A stretch of DNA of 64,000 nucleotides, from assembly GCA_963575745.1 (NCBI GenBank), contig CAUYUJ010000303.1, positions 62,001-126,000 of the forward strand, written 5' to 3'. The translations under genes were made by a program, and so were the position numbers. The notes under the pieces are model-generated. The model did no database searches and was not told where the DNA came from. It worked only from the letters and a program-made list of their open reading frames with translations. Numbering within the stretch: the stretch's first letter is position 1; every line of letters starts with the position of its first letter. The stretch comes from Prorocentrum cordatum (Eukaryota). Below, one piece after another: positions 1 to 19,796 of this stretch.

Positions 1-90
1 TTGTAGTAGACTTCGTAGTGGCAGTAGAAGTAGTAGTGGGAGTAGTAATAGTAGGGGTCGTCGTAGTAGTCGTAGTAGTCGTTGTAGTAA
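1..90. repeat. Degenerate (GTA)n/(GTC)n microsatellite
   Basis: Runs of gtagta/gtcgta at the window start. Confidence 0.8.
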
Positions 91-1495
91 ATGACTGAGG
101 GCGGCCGTCGTCGAAACCCACGGTCTTTCCCGACCAGCGTCGTTGTCGTTGCCAGTCTGGCTTCTAGTATTGGAGTGTGGCTGTGAGCTTCGCTCCGCCT
201 ACCCGTAACGCACGCGCCTACTGTGTTTTTTGGCGCGAGGTGGCTTGTGTGTGCAAATGCCGCACGTAGCCCAGCATTGCTACGAGATCTCCATTTTTGC
301 ATCTCATGTGAGCCATATTCTTCTCCATTCGCCCCGCGTTCGTGTCAGCAGGTCGTCGTGGCGGTTGGCGCTCGGTGACATGCAGGCACGGCGGTCAGCG
401 CGAGATGTCTATGAGACGCGCCACTTTCGAGATTTCATCCGCAGGATCCATCGTCATTGCGACATCAGATCATGGATTCCCCTTCGCACCTATACACGCA
501 TGTATTCAATACAGGCGCACGCATGCATCAAAGGCGGTCCGACACACATCAAGAATGCACAGAAAGACATGCACAGAAGTTCAACGTTGTCCTCTGCCTC
601 TTCCCCAGAGAGTACGAGTGGTGCGCCAGTTTTCTTGCGGATGTTGAGTAGGCACATGTGGAGGTCTGGGAGTCGTCGCCCCAAGTGTCGTTTGCCGCGC
701 TCGTGTGCAGGCGACGCGTGGAGCGTTGCGCAACGTGTGGGCTGAAGTGGTTCGCTTTGCCTTCTGGAAAGACGGGACTCAGTCGATTTAGGTAGAACGC
801 TCTTCGTAGTTGTGCAGGAGTACAGCGTGCTGAGAGGTCTTGCAGGTATGCAGGAGCTCGAGACTGTCAACATGACTGTCGGCGTATCCCGTCACAGTCC
901 ACGTAGAGGATCGAGGCTTATCGTGCTTCTCGTTGTCCAGGGGCCTGGGTTCTAGTTCTCTGGTGTTGCAGGGGTTCCGATTGTCAGGACATAGTATTAT
1001 ACACGGTTGTCCTTGATGCAGTTCCAGGTAACTTCCAAGGTTCCCACAGGGTGAGTCGATCGGGTTTCTCGCGGCGTGAGCAGTTCGGGCTTCTGGGGCT
1101 AGTGGGAGTCGGTCGAGCCTTTCTGTGTGTATGAGACGTTCGGGATCGTCCTGCAAGGAGTCGTGATCTCTGGTAGAATTGACATTGGTCGTTCCGCTCT
1201 TCGTCTTCTTCCTCCTTTTCCTTCTCGGATTTCTTGTCGCGCGGTCACGCAGGTTTTCACCTGCGTGGTTCGGGCCATTGCCGAAGGCTAAGGAGCGCCC
1301 AGGAGTGCCCCAGCGTTGTCGTCGCTGTTGCCACTTTGGCTTACAGCATTGCGGTTCGGCTGTGAGCGTAGCTCCGCCCATGAGCACAAGCCTCTTTCTT
1401 CAGGTGCCCTTGCTGTCGTCATGGAGAGGCGCTGGTACGCCCTGCTACTTTGGCTTGCATAAGGGGCTCCTTGGAGCGAGGAGGGCGAGGAGTCG

Positions 1496-1936
1496 GTGAT
1501 CATGCTTCCTTTTTGTGGCAAGTTTCGATCGTCGCCGTACTGCCGTCGCCCAGCATACATGGCGGAGTGTTTGCCGCCTGAGCTAGTTCTGCACATAAAC
1601 CAGAACGCCGTCAGAGCACTAGTGTTCACGAAGCAGGCTGTCGCGGTCAAATTTGCTCACCTGACGAAGAAGCCGATGCAGGATGGCAGCGGCGACCTCA
1701 ATTGCATGAGGAAACTCGTCGCTCAGGTAGGCACGAGTTTGTATTTCCATGTGTGCAGCATGAACCCGTTCACCGACCAAGACGCCCGTTGGCGCGTAGA
1801 CTTCGTCGGCGACGTTGCAACTGTGAGGCATCGCATGGCGGGGATGATGAGTGCGCCGGAGTGTCGAACATGGGCATCCATGGCAATTCGCGTAGCGCAG
1901 GTTTGTGAGACCCTCTCAATGCTCACCCTCACGTGA
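1496..1936 (+). pseudogene. Coding fragment of unknown function, paralogue of 4070-4819
   Basis: SPYCRRPAYMAECLPPEL...NCMRKLVAQVGT aligns with SPYRRRPADIADCLPPQL...NCMKKLVAQLGT at ~4560-4765. Confidence 0.45.
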
Positions 1937-2429
1937 GCCCACCTCGTTGGAAGCAGCTTATCGGAGCGGAGCGCTCTATGTCGGCACGGCAGCGCCGAGA
2001 AATGAGTATGTTATTCGCATCAGGCGCAGTGGACCATGAGCAGTCCTTCCTCTTCGGCGGCATTGTACTTACCCGCAAGAGCTTGCACTGACGGAGTTGG
2101 TGTATTTCGCTGTGGCGATGGCGCATCTCTCGTGCAACAATTCGGCAGGTTTGTTTGGTACCCCGCGTGGGTGCATTGGGTGAAGTGGTGAAGCTGAGTT
2201 CTAGGCGCTAGGTCTCACTGGAATGGATGGCAGGGTCACCCAGCCCGACCAGATACTCATCTCGTTCGTATCTCTGCAACATCTGTGCGAAGCAGATTGG
2301 CAGTTTTTCCTCGGCGGGTGCGTTTAGAATTCCAGGCGGTCCGTACGGAATTGCCGGAGGAAGAGCGTTGGTGGTGCGTAGCAGTGGTGATGCTCGGGGA
2401 CCCCGACGGCGGCGGCGTGGAAACGTGGA

Positions 2430-2610
2430 AAGCGGCGACGACGACCACGACCACGGTAGCGACGACGACGATGACCGCTCGACGACGTCGACGACGACGA
2501 CGACGACGACCACGACCACGACGACGCTGCCGTCGCCGAAGACCACGACGATGACGACGACGACGACGACTCGCCGAGGAAATCGTGGAGACAACGACGA
2601 CGACGACTGC
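2430..2610. repeat. (ACG)n microsatellite
   Basis: gacgacgac runs. Confidence 0.85.
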
Positions 2611-3429
2611 AACGTGAACGTGAATGGCGACGCTTTCGACGTCGACGCCATTTCGACGACAGGGGGGGCACTCCTGGTAGCGCTTTCATTCCGGAGAGCG
2701 AGCGGAACGCTCGCGGCCCTCCTTTTTGTGTCTCGATGCGGCAGGGTTGCTGAGGCAGGTGAGATCGGCCATGACCCGTGCGAGCTCGCCGCTGTCTCTC
2801 AGGATGATGGTTCACTCCTGGCTCCCTTGGCCTCGCCGTCGTGTCAGCATCGTTGTTGCGTTGACCGTCCGAGGACATGCAAGCGCGGTTGTCACCGCGG
2901 AAGGTTCCGGGGGCGCGTCACCGACGAGCCTTTTTATGCATCTTCTCGCCCTCTTGCCCAATACATGCACGCACATACATGGAAAACGAACGCGCAGAAC
3001 AGTCCATTCACCCCCAATAGTAACACAACAGAAACACCCGACAGAGTTGGAACCGTTCGTCTCGCTGCCGAGGGCCGTCGATGGAGCGCTCGCCAGGCCT
3101 GGAAGTAAACTGTCGATGTTCTGTATACTGCGTCCGCGCGCACTAGGCCCGTCGTGCGTTCCGCGCCGTGGTGGCTGAACTGCACCCGCCCTGTCGTTGC
3201 AGAGTAGGATAGGTAGAAGAAAAAAAGAGAAGGGGGGATAATATTTCTCAACATATAAGATATAGAATAGGAGCAGGGTTTCCCCGAAGGTTGCAGGCTG
3301 AAACAGGCTTCGCAGGGCCTCCCGAGATAATGCCTTTGTTGTGGTCTCCCATGATGTACGGTGTGGCGGGCCACTCGTCTTTCCTCGTGTGGGGTTTTTC
3401 GGCCCCTTATTGTGCGTGCGCCGTTCGGA

Positions 3430-3890
3430 CCGCTCATGATGTGAGTCGTTTGAGCATTTCGTCTTCGCGTGCTCCGTTCGGGCTCCTTTGTAGGCGTGAG
3501 TCGCTTGGGCATCTGTGGTGTGAATCGTTCGGGCCCCCCGTCCTGGTGTGATTCGTTGGGGGGCTTTCTTGCGTGTGAGTCGGTCGGGTTCGTCGTGGTG
3601 TGCGTTCTTCGGGCCACTCGTCCTGGCGTGAGTCGCTCGGGCCCCTCCTTGTGTGTGGGTCCTTCGGGTTCGTCGTGGTGTGTGTCGTCGGAGCCCTTCG
3701 TCCTGCTGTGAGTCGTTCGGGCCTTTCTTTGTCTGTTCGTCGTTCGGGCGTTTCGTGGTAGGAGAAACATTTGGGATCTTCCTGGTGTGCGTCGTTCGGG
3801 GGCTTTCGTTCTGGTGTGAGTCGTGTGAGTCGTTCGGGCCTCTCCTTGTGTGTGGGTCGTTGGGGTTCCTGGAGGGCTCAGTCGTTCGGG
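3430..3890. repeat. Degenerate GGTGTGAGTCGTTCGGGC satellite units (also 5030-5235)
   Basis: Repeated ~28-30 bp units of the same family as the 8.7-15.4 kb array. Confidence 0.8.
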
Positions 3891-4069
3891 TACCTCGCCA
3901 CCGTCTCGTGCCCTTGCCAGTGAGCCCCATGCGTCTCCATGTTCGGTGTATTGCCGAAATTGTGTCGCATTTGCGTGAGGCCCTGGGAGGGTCCGAAGAT
4001 GTGTCTTGGGATCATGAAGGGCCTCATGAGTGGCCGACATCCACAGTTGCTCTACAATTGTAGTCGCTG

Positions 4070-4819
4070 TTGCCATTCTGTCTCACAGCGCTGCGGTGTG
4101 GTTGTGAGCTTAGCTCCGCGTATCAGCAAGCTTTTCTGCCGTTCAGCTTTCTTGCCGTCGGCATGGAGAGGTGCCCGTACGCCCCTGTAACTTTGTTAGC
4201 AACCGGGGCTCCTTGGAGCGCGCAGGAGGAAGGCAAGGACTTCGAGGAGTTCATGGTGAACACGTTTGGAGCATCGCTCCCTGATGGCGTTCCGTCGGGA
4301 AGTCAAGATGCGGAATTTAGCTGCGCTCATCCGGCTCGGAACGGGTCGAATTGTTTGCTCAAAGGTCGTGCCGCTTGCCAATTTCCAGATGCAGTAGAGA
4401 CTCCGCGTGTCATTCTCGCAGTTCGTGGTGCATGGTTACCGCGTGTCGAGGCTGGCGTCATCCACAGTGCATTGCCTGGGACGCACTTGTTGCAGTTTTG
4501 GGTGGCAGTACGCGCCGAGGAGGAGGCGGTCATTCCTGTTGCTTTTGGCAACGACCGAGCGTCGCCATATCGTCGTCGCCCAGCAGACATTGCGGATTGT
4601 CTACCGCCACAGCTACATCGTGCAATCAAAGTGCACGCCGTGAGAGCCATAGAGATTGCGGAGGAGGGCCTCACGCAGAAGTACGCTAACTTTGCCAAGA
4701 GGCCGAGGCACGGTGGCTTCGGTGAGGCGAACTGCATGAAGAAACTCGTCGCGCAGTTAGGTACGAGAGAGCCCCCCCCCTCCCGAGCAACCTGGCACTT
4801 CCTGGAAAGCTTGCGGTGA
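4070..4819 (+). pseudogene. Coding fragment of unknown function, paralogue of ~1320-1740
   Basis: Protein and DNA similarity to the 1.3-1.7 kb region, e.g. tgcatgaagaaactcgtcgc versus tgcatgaggaaactcgtcgc. Confidence 0.45.
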
Positions 4820-4923
4820 CACGGTTTTCGCGCCCGCAGATATCGCGGCTCGGGGGTGCAGTTGCGCCCGATTGGTGAAGTTCGCCGTGCACATGTCCGT
4901 GGACTGTTGTGGCTTGGGGCCCA

Positions 4924-5352
4924 GCAAATTCTGATAATTCTCTAGTGTGCCCCAGGGGTCTCCATGTTTGCAAGACCTGTCGAGGCAATGAGCATAGCTC
5001 AGCGCACACACAAGAAGATATAGGTTCTGGTGTGAGTCTTTCGGGGTCCTCGTGTGTGGATTGTTGGGGCTCTTCCTCTTGGTGTACGTTTTCCGGGCCC
5101 GTCGTCCTGGTGTGAGGCCTTCGAGCCCTTCCTGGTGCGAGTCGCGTTGGAATTCGTCGTCGTGTGAGTCGTTCGGGCCCCTCGTCCTGGTGTGAGTCGT
5201 TCGGGCTGCACGTGGTGTGAGTCGTTCGGGCTCTTCGTCACCTCCAACGGAGGCGTCTGGGCAAATTCTGATACTTCTCTAGTGCGCCCCAGGGGTCTCC
5301 ATGTTCTGCAAGACCTGTCGGGGCAATGACCATACCTCAGCGCACACACAAG
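4924..5352. repeat. ~90-bp imperfect direct repeat (4924-5014 and 5261-5352) flanking satellite units
   Basis: gcaaattctgata...ccaggggtctccatgtt...agcgcacacacaag occurs twice. Confidence 0.8.
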
Positions 5353-5383
5353 CAGAGATATGTTCTTTATGCGACATTTCCAG

Positions 5384-7897
5384 GTGAGCATGATGTCCGC
5401 GGAGCTGCTGGGCACCCTGGAAAGAGTGGTCAGTGGCGCTGTCCGTGCCAGGGGCACGTACAAGAAGAGGGCGGGGGAATTGCATCGCGCTTTCGGGTGA
5501 GTGAACGTGGTCATGTGCGCTGATTGTTGGCAGTTGCACCCCGTGACGGGCACCTTCCTGGCATCCAACCCTCTGGACGTGCCCGCAGGGTGCGCGCACC
5601 GCGCGTTGGAGCTGTTCTGGCAAGACGGCGTCGATAGCGTGCGATCCTTGTGGCAGTTGACCGAATTGATGAGGTGCGACGATGCATGGTACAACTTGTT
5701 TCTGGGCCAGTGCAGAGTCGGAAATCTCAGCATGGAGGACTACAGCTACTTCCACGGGCTCCCGACGTTGACGTCCCCGAGCGCGGGCAACTGCGCGTGC
5801 AACGACGACGTGGTGGACGACCCAGTACTGGGCCCGCATCGCAAGACTTGGGGGGGGCGCTTCACCGGAGGGTGCGCCGACATGGCGGCGCTTCTGAACT
5901 CGCCAGAGGGCGAGTGCGAAGAGTGCCGTGCGGAGCGAGGCAAGAGACACAGAGTTCTGACCGACACGGACTCGCTGGCGCCAGAGCTTCGCATGAACCC
6001 ATTCTGCGGCGCACCTGCTCTGTACACTTTCAACGTGCCCAGGTACTTCGCGACGAACCTGCGCGCGAGGGAGTTTGCCAAGCAGAAGAACGTGCAGCTC
6101 TCGTGGCGCTACGCTCGAGATGTGCCGCTGCATCCAGGAGATCGCGATCTGCCGAGAGAGAAGTTGGACGAGAAGTTGTTCTCCTGGCTGAAGAGGCGCG
6201 ACCAGGAGACGGGCAACACTCCGAGCATCTACCCATTGGCGAAAGGCATGCCCATTCAGTTGACGGACAACGTCGATCGAAGCAGACAACTCTACAGGCA
6301 CCGAAAGGGAGTGATTTACGGATGGACTCTGGCGCCTGATTGCAGTCCCCAGGAGATCGAGGGGGAGCTCATATTGGATAGGTTGCCCTTGGTTATCTAT
6401 ATCCATTTCCCAGAAGCACAGTGGAGCATAGGGAAGCTGCCGACGGGCGTATACCCGTTGAAGCGGAGATCCAGGGCTTGGGAGGTCAACAAGCACACGG
6501 GCATCGAAGCCCGACGCACGGGGTTCTGGATTCTCTCCGACTTCGCTTCCACCGCTCACATGATCCAGGGGGCGACGTTGGAAGCGGCATTCGCGGATCT
6601 GCAGCATTGGTCCAGCAGGGCGTCCATGACAGCTCAGATTGCTGCCTACGTATGCTTGTCCAGAGTGAAGCGATTGCCAAACATCTGCGTCATGCAGCCG
6701 TTCTCAACCTTTCTGTTCGGCCTCGGCAACCCAGTGGGGCCCGAGCGACTGATGCGGAAGCTGTCTGGCCAGATCACAGCAGACGAGGCGATCCATGAAT
6801 GGAGTACGCTTGATGACGAAGCCGCTGAAGCGGACAAGGTGGACCCCATGGCGAGGAAGCACCTGTGCGCCTGCTGCTACCTCAAAGGGAATCAGGAGTA
6901 CATGCTCGACGCCCGCGACTTCGGCATGAAAGCAGCCGCCGACTTCTACGAGAAGTACGTGTCGCAGGGGAGGTGGACGAGATGCATGGACTGCGCGCGC
7001 GAGGTCGGCGCAAGGCCTCCTCGGGCTGCGCGGGCGGCCGAGGATTCCCAAAGAATGCCCGATGGAATCGCTGCACGGACAGACCCGCCAGATCATTCAA
7101 TATGCAAGCGGCGCGTGGAACGCGATTGCTGGAAGAAGAGCCTGACCCCGCAGAGCCACGGGCGCGCTGCTTGCAAAGATGTTTTTGACGAAGGCGTGTG
7201 GGGCGCGGCTATTATGAAACACCATCGGTATGACGATAGAGACCTCGTGTGCCCGGGCTGCGCGCAGCGAGGGTTCGCACCCGGCAACATCGACGAGCAC
7301 CAGCGTGAAGATTGCTTGGAGCACTTGGGCAGCCTCGCGTTCGACAAGTACGTGCTGTACAACGCGAAGAGGCGGGGGCAGGCCCGTGTGGTGTGCCTGG
7401 ACCGTCAGACGAAGCTGCGGTGTGGGAAATGTACAACGGCGTATGAACTGAAGTACTGGTCGAAGTCTGAACGCAAGAATCACGCGTCTTCAAAGGGCAC
7501 AATTTTGGTTTGCAAAGCATGCCGTGCGCTAGGATTCGACCCGACGGATCTGGAGACGTACATGTGCCAGAGGTTCACTTGCAGGTTCGGCGCCCGGAAG
7601 TTCAACCAAACGCTACTCAAGAATCACAAGCATCGCAATCGCATGAAGCTACAGTGCAAGGAGTGCGTCGCTGACGTCGAAGAAAGAGTGCGCCTCCTGC
7701 GCAAAGCACTGCAGAAGAGCCAGCGAAAGTGCAAGTGCCATTGCCGCATTCACCAGGCCAAAAGCCCGCTGACCCCCGTCTTTTTCGGAGAGAAACGCTG
7801 GCCGGGCAGCGACGGAGCGACATCCGCCGACGACCGCAAGTTCTTGGACGAGTTGCAACCGATGCCAGAATGGTGGAGCAAAGCCTGGGGACGATGA
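5384..7897 (+). CDS. 5'-truncated PIF1-family (SF1B) DNA helicase with Cys-rich C-terminus, probably Helitron-like
   Basis: VSMMSAELL (post-Walker B, in a different frame from 5501-7897), ADCWQLHPV (motif III), LTELMRC..FLGQCRVG (IV), ASTAHMIQGATL (V), AYVCLSRVK (VI), then many CxxC pairs; Walker A not seen. Confidence 0.8.
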
Positions 7898-7949
7898 GGT
7901 TCGGCGCGGAGCTCGTCGTCTCAGTTGTACTACTGGCGACACTACCTGT

Positions 7950-8620
7950 GGTGCTGGTTTCTGTATTCTGTAATGGTGCTGGTTATTCTGCTCAGGTGAT
8001 GGTGCTTTTTTCTGTATTCGCCGCTATTGCTTCTTATTCTTGGTGATTGCTGGGTTCCTTCGGGTGTCCAGCACTGGGACGAGATGGTATATAGTCTCTC
8101 GTGCTTTGGTTCTCTGGTGTTGATTCGTGTACTCCGTGATGGTGCTGGTTACCGAGTTATGGTGGGAGTGCGGGTCTCTGTGCTCAGTGATGGTTCGTTG
8201 GTGAGAAGACGTTTGGATACAGTGGATTGGACGACTGGGGAGAGCGAGTGGGGAGACGAGATGTTTCCCCAATTGAGTTTCTGTTCGTGGGTTCGCTGGT
8301 ACTGGTTTCTGTATTCTGTAGTGGTGCATGTTATTCTGCTGAGGTGATGGTGCTGGTTAGTGTACTCGCCGCTATTGCTTCGGATACAGTGGATTGGACG
8401 ACTGGGGAGAGCGAGTGGGGAGACGAGATGTTTCCTCAATTGAGTTTCTGTTCGTGGGTTCGCTGGTACTGGTTTCTGTATTCTGTACTGGTGCTTGTTA
8501 TTCTGCTGAGGTGATGGTGCTGGTTAGTGTACTCGCCGCTATTGCCTCTTATTCTTGGTGATTGCGGGGTTCCTTCGGGTGTCCGGCAGTGGGCGGAGAT
8601 GGTGTATAGTCTCTCGTCCA
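7950..8620. repeat. Tandem repeat, 167-bp unit (8215-8381 and 8382-~8546) with partial flanking copies
   Basis: ggatacagtggattggacgactggggagagcgagtggggagacgag... duplicated almost exactly. Confidence 0.9.
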
Positions 8621-8689
8621 GTACTGGGAGTACCTTGTGAGACACCGCTGCATCAATAATGGGTGGGTGTGGCCGCTAGCACGGTGCAG

Positions 8690-15610
<6,921 letters not shown>

Positions 15611-16004
15611 GCAAAGAAGCGCTGCCCCCTGAGAAGGACAAAATGAGCCCAAAACCTTCGTAAAATCAATGAGTTTGCTATGAAGGAAAATGAGCGCGGC
15701 CCCCTCGGGAGGCCAACATGGGGCCAAAACCGTCGTAAAAGCAAGGGTTCTGGCTTCATTGAAGAGGAGGGGGCTACAAGAGGGTCCCCCCGTCGGAGCC
15801 AGAATCCTCGTGAGGCTCGTCGTTGTTTGGCCCTCCCAGGCGTCGAAAAAAAAAAACCTGACCACCCGCGGGGCTCCCTCTCCAGGCCCAGGGGGAGGGG
15901 GTAGGGGGAGGGGTAAACCCCTCCCCGAAGGGGAAGAAGGGGGGTTGGGGGGTTGAGAACAGAGAGAGCCCGCTAAACCACTCACGCCCAAAGGGCTGGT
16001 GGGA

Positions 16005-16230
16005 TGTATGTGTGTATGCGTGTATGGGTGTGCGTGGTTATGTTTGTATGCATGTATGTATGTGTGTACGTATGTTTATATGCGTGAATTCAGGTGTTCG
16101 TGTACGCATGTGTGTATGCCTGTGTGTACGATTGCATGCGCGTATGTATGCATGCATGCATGTGTGTAGATATACATTGTGAGAGAGAGAGGGAGGACGA
16201 GCGAGAGAGAGAGAGAGAGCGAGAAAAAGA
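16005..16230. repeat. (TG/TA)n and (GA)n simple repeats; (TA)n also at 16790-16845
   Basis: Direct reading of the sequence. Confidence 0.85.
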
Positions 16231-16797
16231 GAGGAGTAGGCTGGGGGGCGGACTGGGGCTAGGGGTTCGCATGGGGCCCCCAGGCGCTCCTGAACAGCCC
16301 TGGAGGCTCCTGGACGGTCTCACAACTGCCCTGTACAGCCTCACGGAGACCCTCGAGACCGCCAGGATGGCTTCAGATGGTCTCTTGACGGCGGCAAGTA
16401 GGCCACGATCGCTCCACAGACTGCCCCATGAGCGTACAAGACTACCTGAGGCCCTCTTGGGTCCTTCTTCGGCCATCTTGCACGCTCTAACCCATCGCGC
16501 CCTGCCCGTCCAGACCCAGGGAGGGGGAGGGGAGGCAAGCCTCCCCGAATAGGGGAAGGAAGGACCTGGAAAAGGAAACGCTGTAGACCGCCTGCGCCCA
16601 GAGGACTGGTGAGATTGAGCGATGCGCGGTACGCCACAGACTCTTCAGCGTCGAAGCAGCCACCAGTATAACAGGTAAGCGCACGTGAGGGCCACCTGGA
16701 AGGCACCGCGGGATCGGACACATGCTTGCAAGCACCATTTGCCGCATCGACTAGAACCTAAGCGCGCGCGTGGCGCGCGCGTGATTCTAGCATACAT

Positions 16798-16834
<37 letters not shown>

Positions 16835-19635
16835 GTATATATGAATAAATATAACTATGCGTGTATACAAATAGTTTCATATGTTGGGAACATCGGACTT
16901 TGCGTCGATTTATCTGTGTCTGCCTGGGCCCCTCTATATGTGGCCTGCTTGCCCGGGGACCCGACATTTGAGTTGATCAGAGTCTGCCCGTTCCCGAGTT
17001 AGCTTTGACCAGGGTCAGCTTGTTTCCGCTTGGGCTCCAAGCGAGAAAATCAGGCTGAGAGTGGCTGGGAACGATTGGAGTACCAGAGCCGGCGGGGCTC
17101 CTTTTGCGTTCAGAGTCGATGCAGGAAACATGTATATTGGGAAGGCCTTACGGCGGGTGTCGCCGACCCTGAAGGGAGGCGACGACGACAACGGCGGCGG
17201 CGACGATTTCGCTGTCGTGGGCCAGAGTCCTCGATGCAGGAAGCATGTATTCTCTTGTCAGGGTTGCCAGGGGGAGCCGTGTGCGCGCGGGTCTGCTGAG
17301 CTGGCTGCGCAGCAGAGGCCTGGCCGCCTGCTTCGCGGTCCAAGCGGGCCGACCCCAGTGCCCCCGTTTCGACGTGTTTCGCCGCTTGCACCAGAGTGCG
17401 CCGTGCCACAGCATCGCATCTTTCTCTCGTCTGGGTCGCTGAGAAGTCCTGGGTCCCATGCTGTAGGCGGGCGGGAGGACGAGGGGGCCGTGCACGTGCC
17501 GCCGTCGACCCATCGGTGAGACAGTACGACGGTCCGTGCACCCTCGCTTATGAAAATTCGCCCGAGCGCGCGCGCGCGATCAGAGCTCCGAATTTGCCTT
17601 CGCCTGTGAGAAGTACGGCCTTCCTTTCGGGTGCGCGAGGTTGTCTCCGCCCTGGCCCGTGGAACGTCGAGCGCAGTCAAAGGCTGTTTGGACCTACTGT
17701 GTTTTCCGAAGGGGTTTTGGGTTTCGTAGGTGCTTCCTCGGTTGTGTCCTCGAGCAGCTATGGTTAATCAGGGCCCAAATGTGGCCAACAAACGGCGTCA
17801 GTCCTTATCGAAGACGGCTACGGCGAATCACCGCCGCCCCCTGCCTTTTGAAATCGCCCATGTGGCCGAGAGTTCTGGCAAGGGCTCTGCCAAGCTATCT
17901 GACAATGTGTTCCCCCAGCCGTTGTGTAAACCCATCGGGGAACACTTGGGGGAGGATTGGCGGGGAAGATCAGGAGGAGGAGGATGAGGAGGATGAGGAG
18001 GACGAGGAGGGGGCATCTTGGGGGCCTCTGGGGGCACTCTTGGGGCCTCATGGGAGCTTCCTGGGAGCCTCTTGGAGGCATCTTGGGGGCCTCCTTGGGC
18101 CTCCTGGGGGCCTTTGGGCCTTCTCGAATGCCTTTTTGCCCGTCCTAGGGCGTTCCTGGCCCGTCTGACGCCATCGGAAGCCGTCTTGAGGGCCTCTCTG
18201 GGCCGACTTGGGGCCCTCTTGGGGTGCTCCACGTCCACGTCCACGTCATCCGGGTTGACAGCCGCTGGCGGCACCCGGGACCGGCGGAAAGCACACCCGT
18301 CAGGCCCCCCGCCCGAATTTTGGCGCCCCCCAGAAGGGAAGGCGGGGAGAAGGAAGGGCAAGGGGGAAGGGGGGGGAAGGAGGGGAGAGGAAGAGGGGGG
18401 AGAGGAGGGGAGGGGGGGGAGGAAGAGGAGACAGGGAGAAGGGAGAGGAAGGGGGGGGGGGGCAACAAAAACGGGGCAGGGGGCCTGACAGGAGGAGTGA
18501 CCCGGGGCCCATAAACACGACTGGCATCATTCTGCGACACCACCATGGAAGTTCTCAAAAAAAAACAAAGTGGCTCCAAGAAGGTGGCCGCACCAGCGGT
18601 GGCGCAGAGCGCCTACTTGGTGCATTTAGACAAACCGACCCTTTTGGAACCACCCAAGCCGAAGACCCAGAAGCACAACTACAATTTCCGGTGTCGCCTG
18701 GTGAAAACAGACGCCCACGCTACACCTACCCCAAGTCTTCCACGCACGACGAAACGCCCCAAAAGCACGAGCCCAAACGGGGCAAGCACGGCCCCGGCTG
18801 CGAGGGGCCCCAGGGGCGGCGGCAATTCGGGGGAACCCGGTGGCCTGGCAGATGCGGAGGGCCGATCCCACCACGAGGCCGCCCCCGAACGGTCGGGGGA
18901 ACCCGCCGTTTGGCAGAGTGCCGTGTAGAAACACGAACACTGGCAGCGCAGCCACACAATGTGCAAGCCGACCCGGGAAGAGCCGGAGCTCGTCGTCATG
19001 CGTGCTTTTTTTGCCTGACCTCCTCACAAGCATTACTCTGTAGGCTCCGATGACCACCTTCCGGTGTCGATGGGTCATGTTAGGGTGCCCACCCCGCCCG
19101 ACCATGGCCGAAGCCACCGCCGAGCGACACAGGCCTCCCAGGACCGCACACCCCGCCCTACCATGGCCGAGACCACCGCCGAACGACATGTGCGCCCCCA
19201 GTTGACGGTGCGCCTCGACCAAGGGCGTCGCCGTCCTACCTCCCCGTCCACCCTCAGGAGAAAGGTCCGGAGACCCAACCGCCGCTGATAGGTTGTTGGG
19301 CGAGGTGGGTTGTACACTCCCGCCCCCGAACGAAGAAATGAGACAGGAAATAGGTCCGCCAAAGCCCCGAGCCAGAGACGCAACACCAAAGCCAGCGAAC
19401 CTATCACCACCGAAGGCTCAAGAGGGGGCGCCCCCGAGGGGGCATGGCTTAGCCGCACCTCCTCCCTCCTCCTCCCCTCCTTGATCCCTCACCACGAAGG
19501 CCCGAAGAAGACAGAGCCCCAACAACACCACTAAGATCATGGGATGGGGTGGGGTCGAGAGGAGGGGGTGAAGATAAGGTGGAGAATACGTTGTCCCAGG
19601 TGCGGCGGGGCCGCTCGACACTTGTGTACCTGCAC

Positions 19636-19710
19636 CTGCGACGACGACGACGACGACGATCGTAGTCCCAGCAATTGAGTGGCCACACGTGGAGGCCTGT
19701 GTACCTGCAC
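19636..19710 (-). other. Possible 75-bp GT-AG intron formed by a small insertion with a 15-bp TSD
   Basis: tgtgtacctgcacct at 19623-19637 and 19698-19712 flanks 60 bp ending in (TCG)n on the minus strand; AAG|GTGCAG...GCAG|GTG. Confidence 0.55.
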
Positions 19711-19786
19711 CTTCAGCATAGCCACCATGTCATCGATCATTGCGACAACTTTTGCCAGAACACCACCGCAGATGATTCTGGTCAGC
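19698..19786 (-). pseudogene. Probable further fragment of the coiled-coil host gene (GGVLAKVVAMIDDMVAMLK)
   Basis: Continues the family pattern after SGRQVSFAKVII at ~27990; gatgat present at both 19781 and 27987. Confidence 0.5.
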
Positions 19787-19796
19787 AGGCGCGCCG

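Noticed and set aside
17000..19500. Several 100-200 aa ORFs here and at 20400-22600
   Set aside because: No recognisable domains or consistent frame; cannot be supported as genes from the sequence alone.
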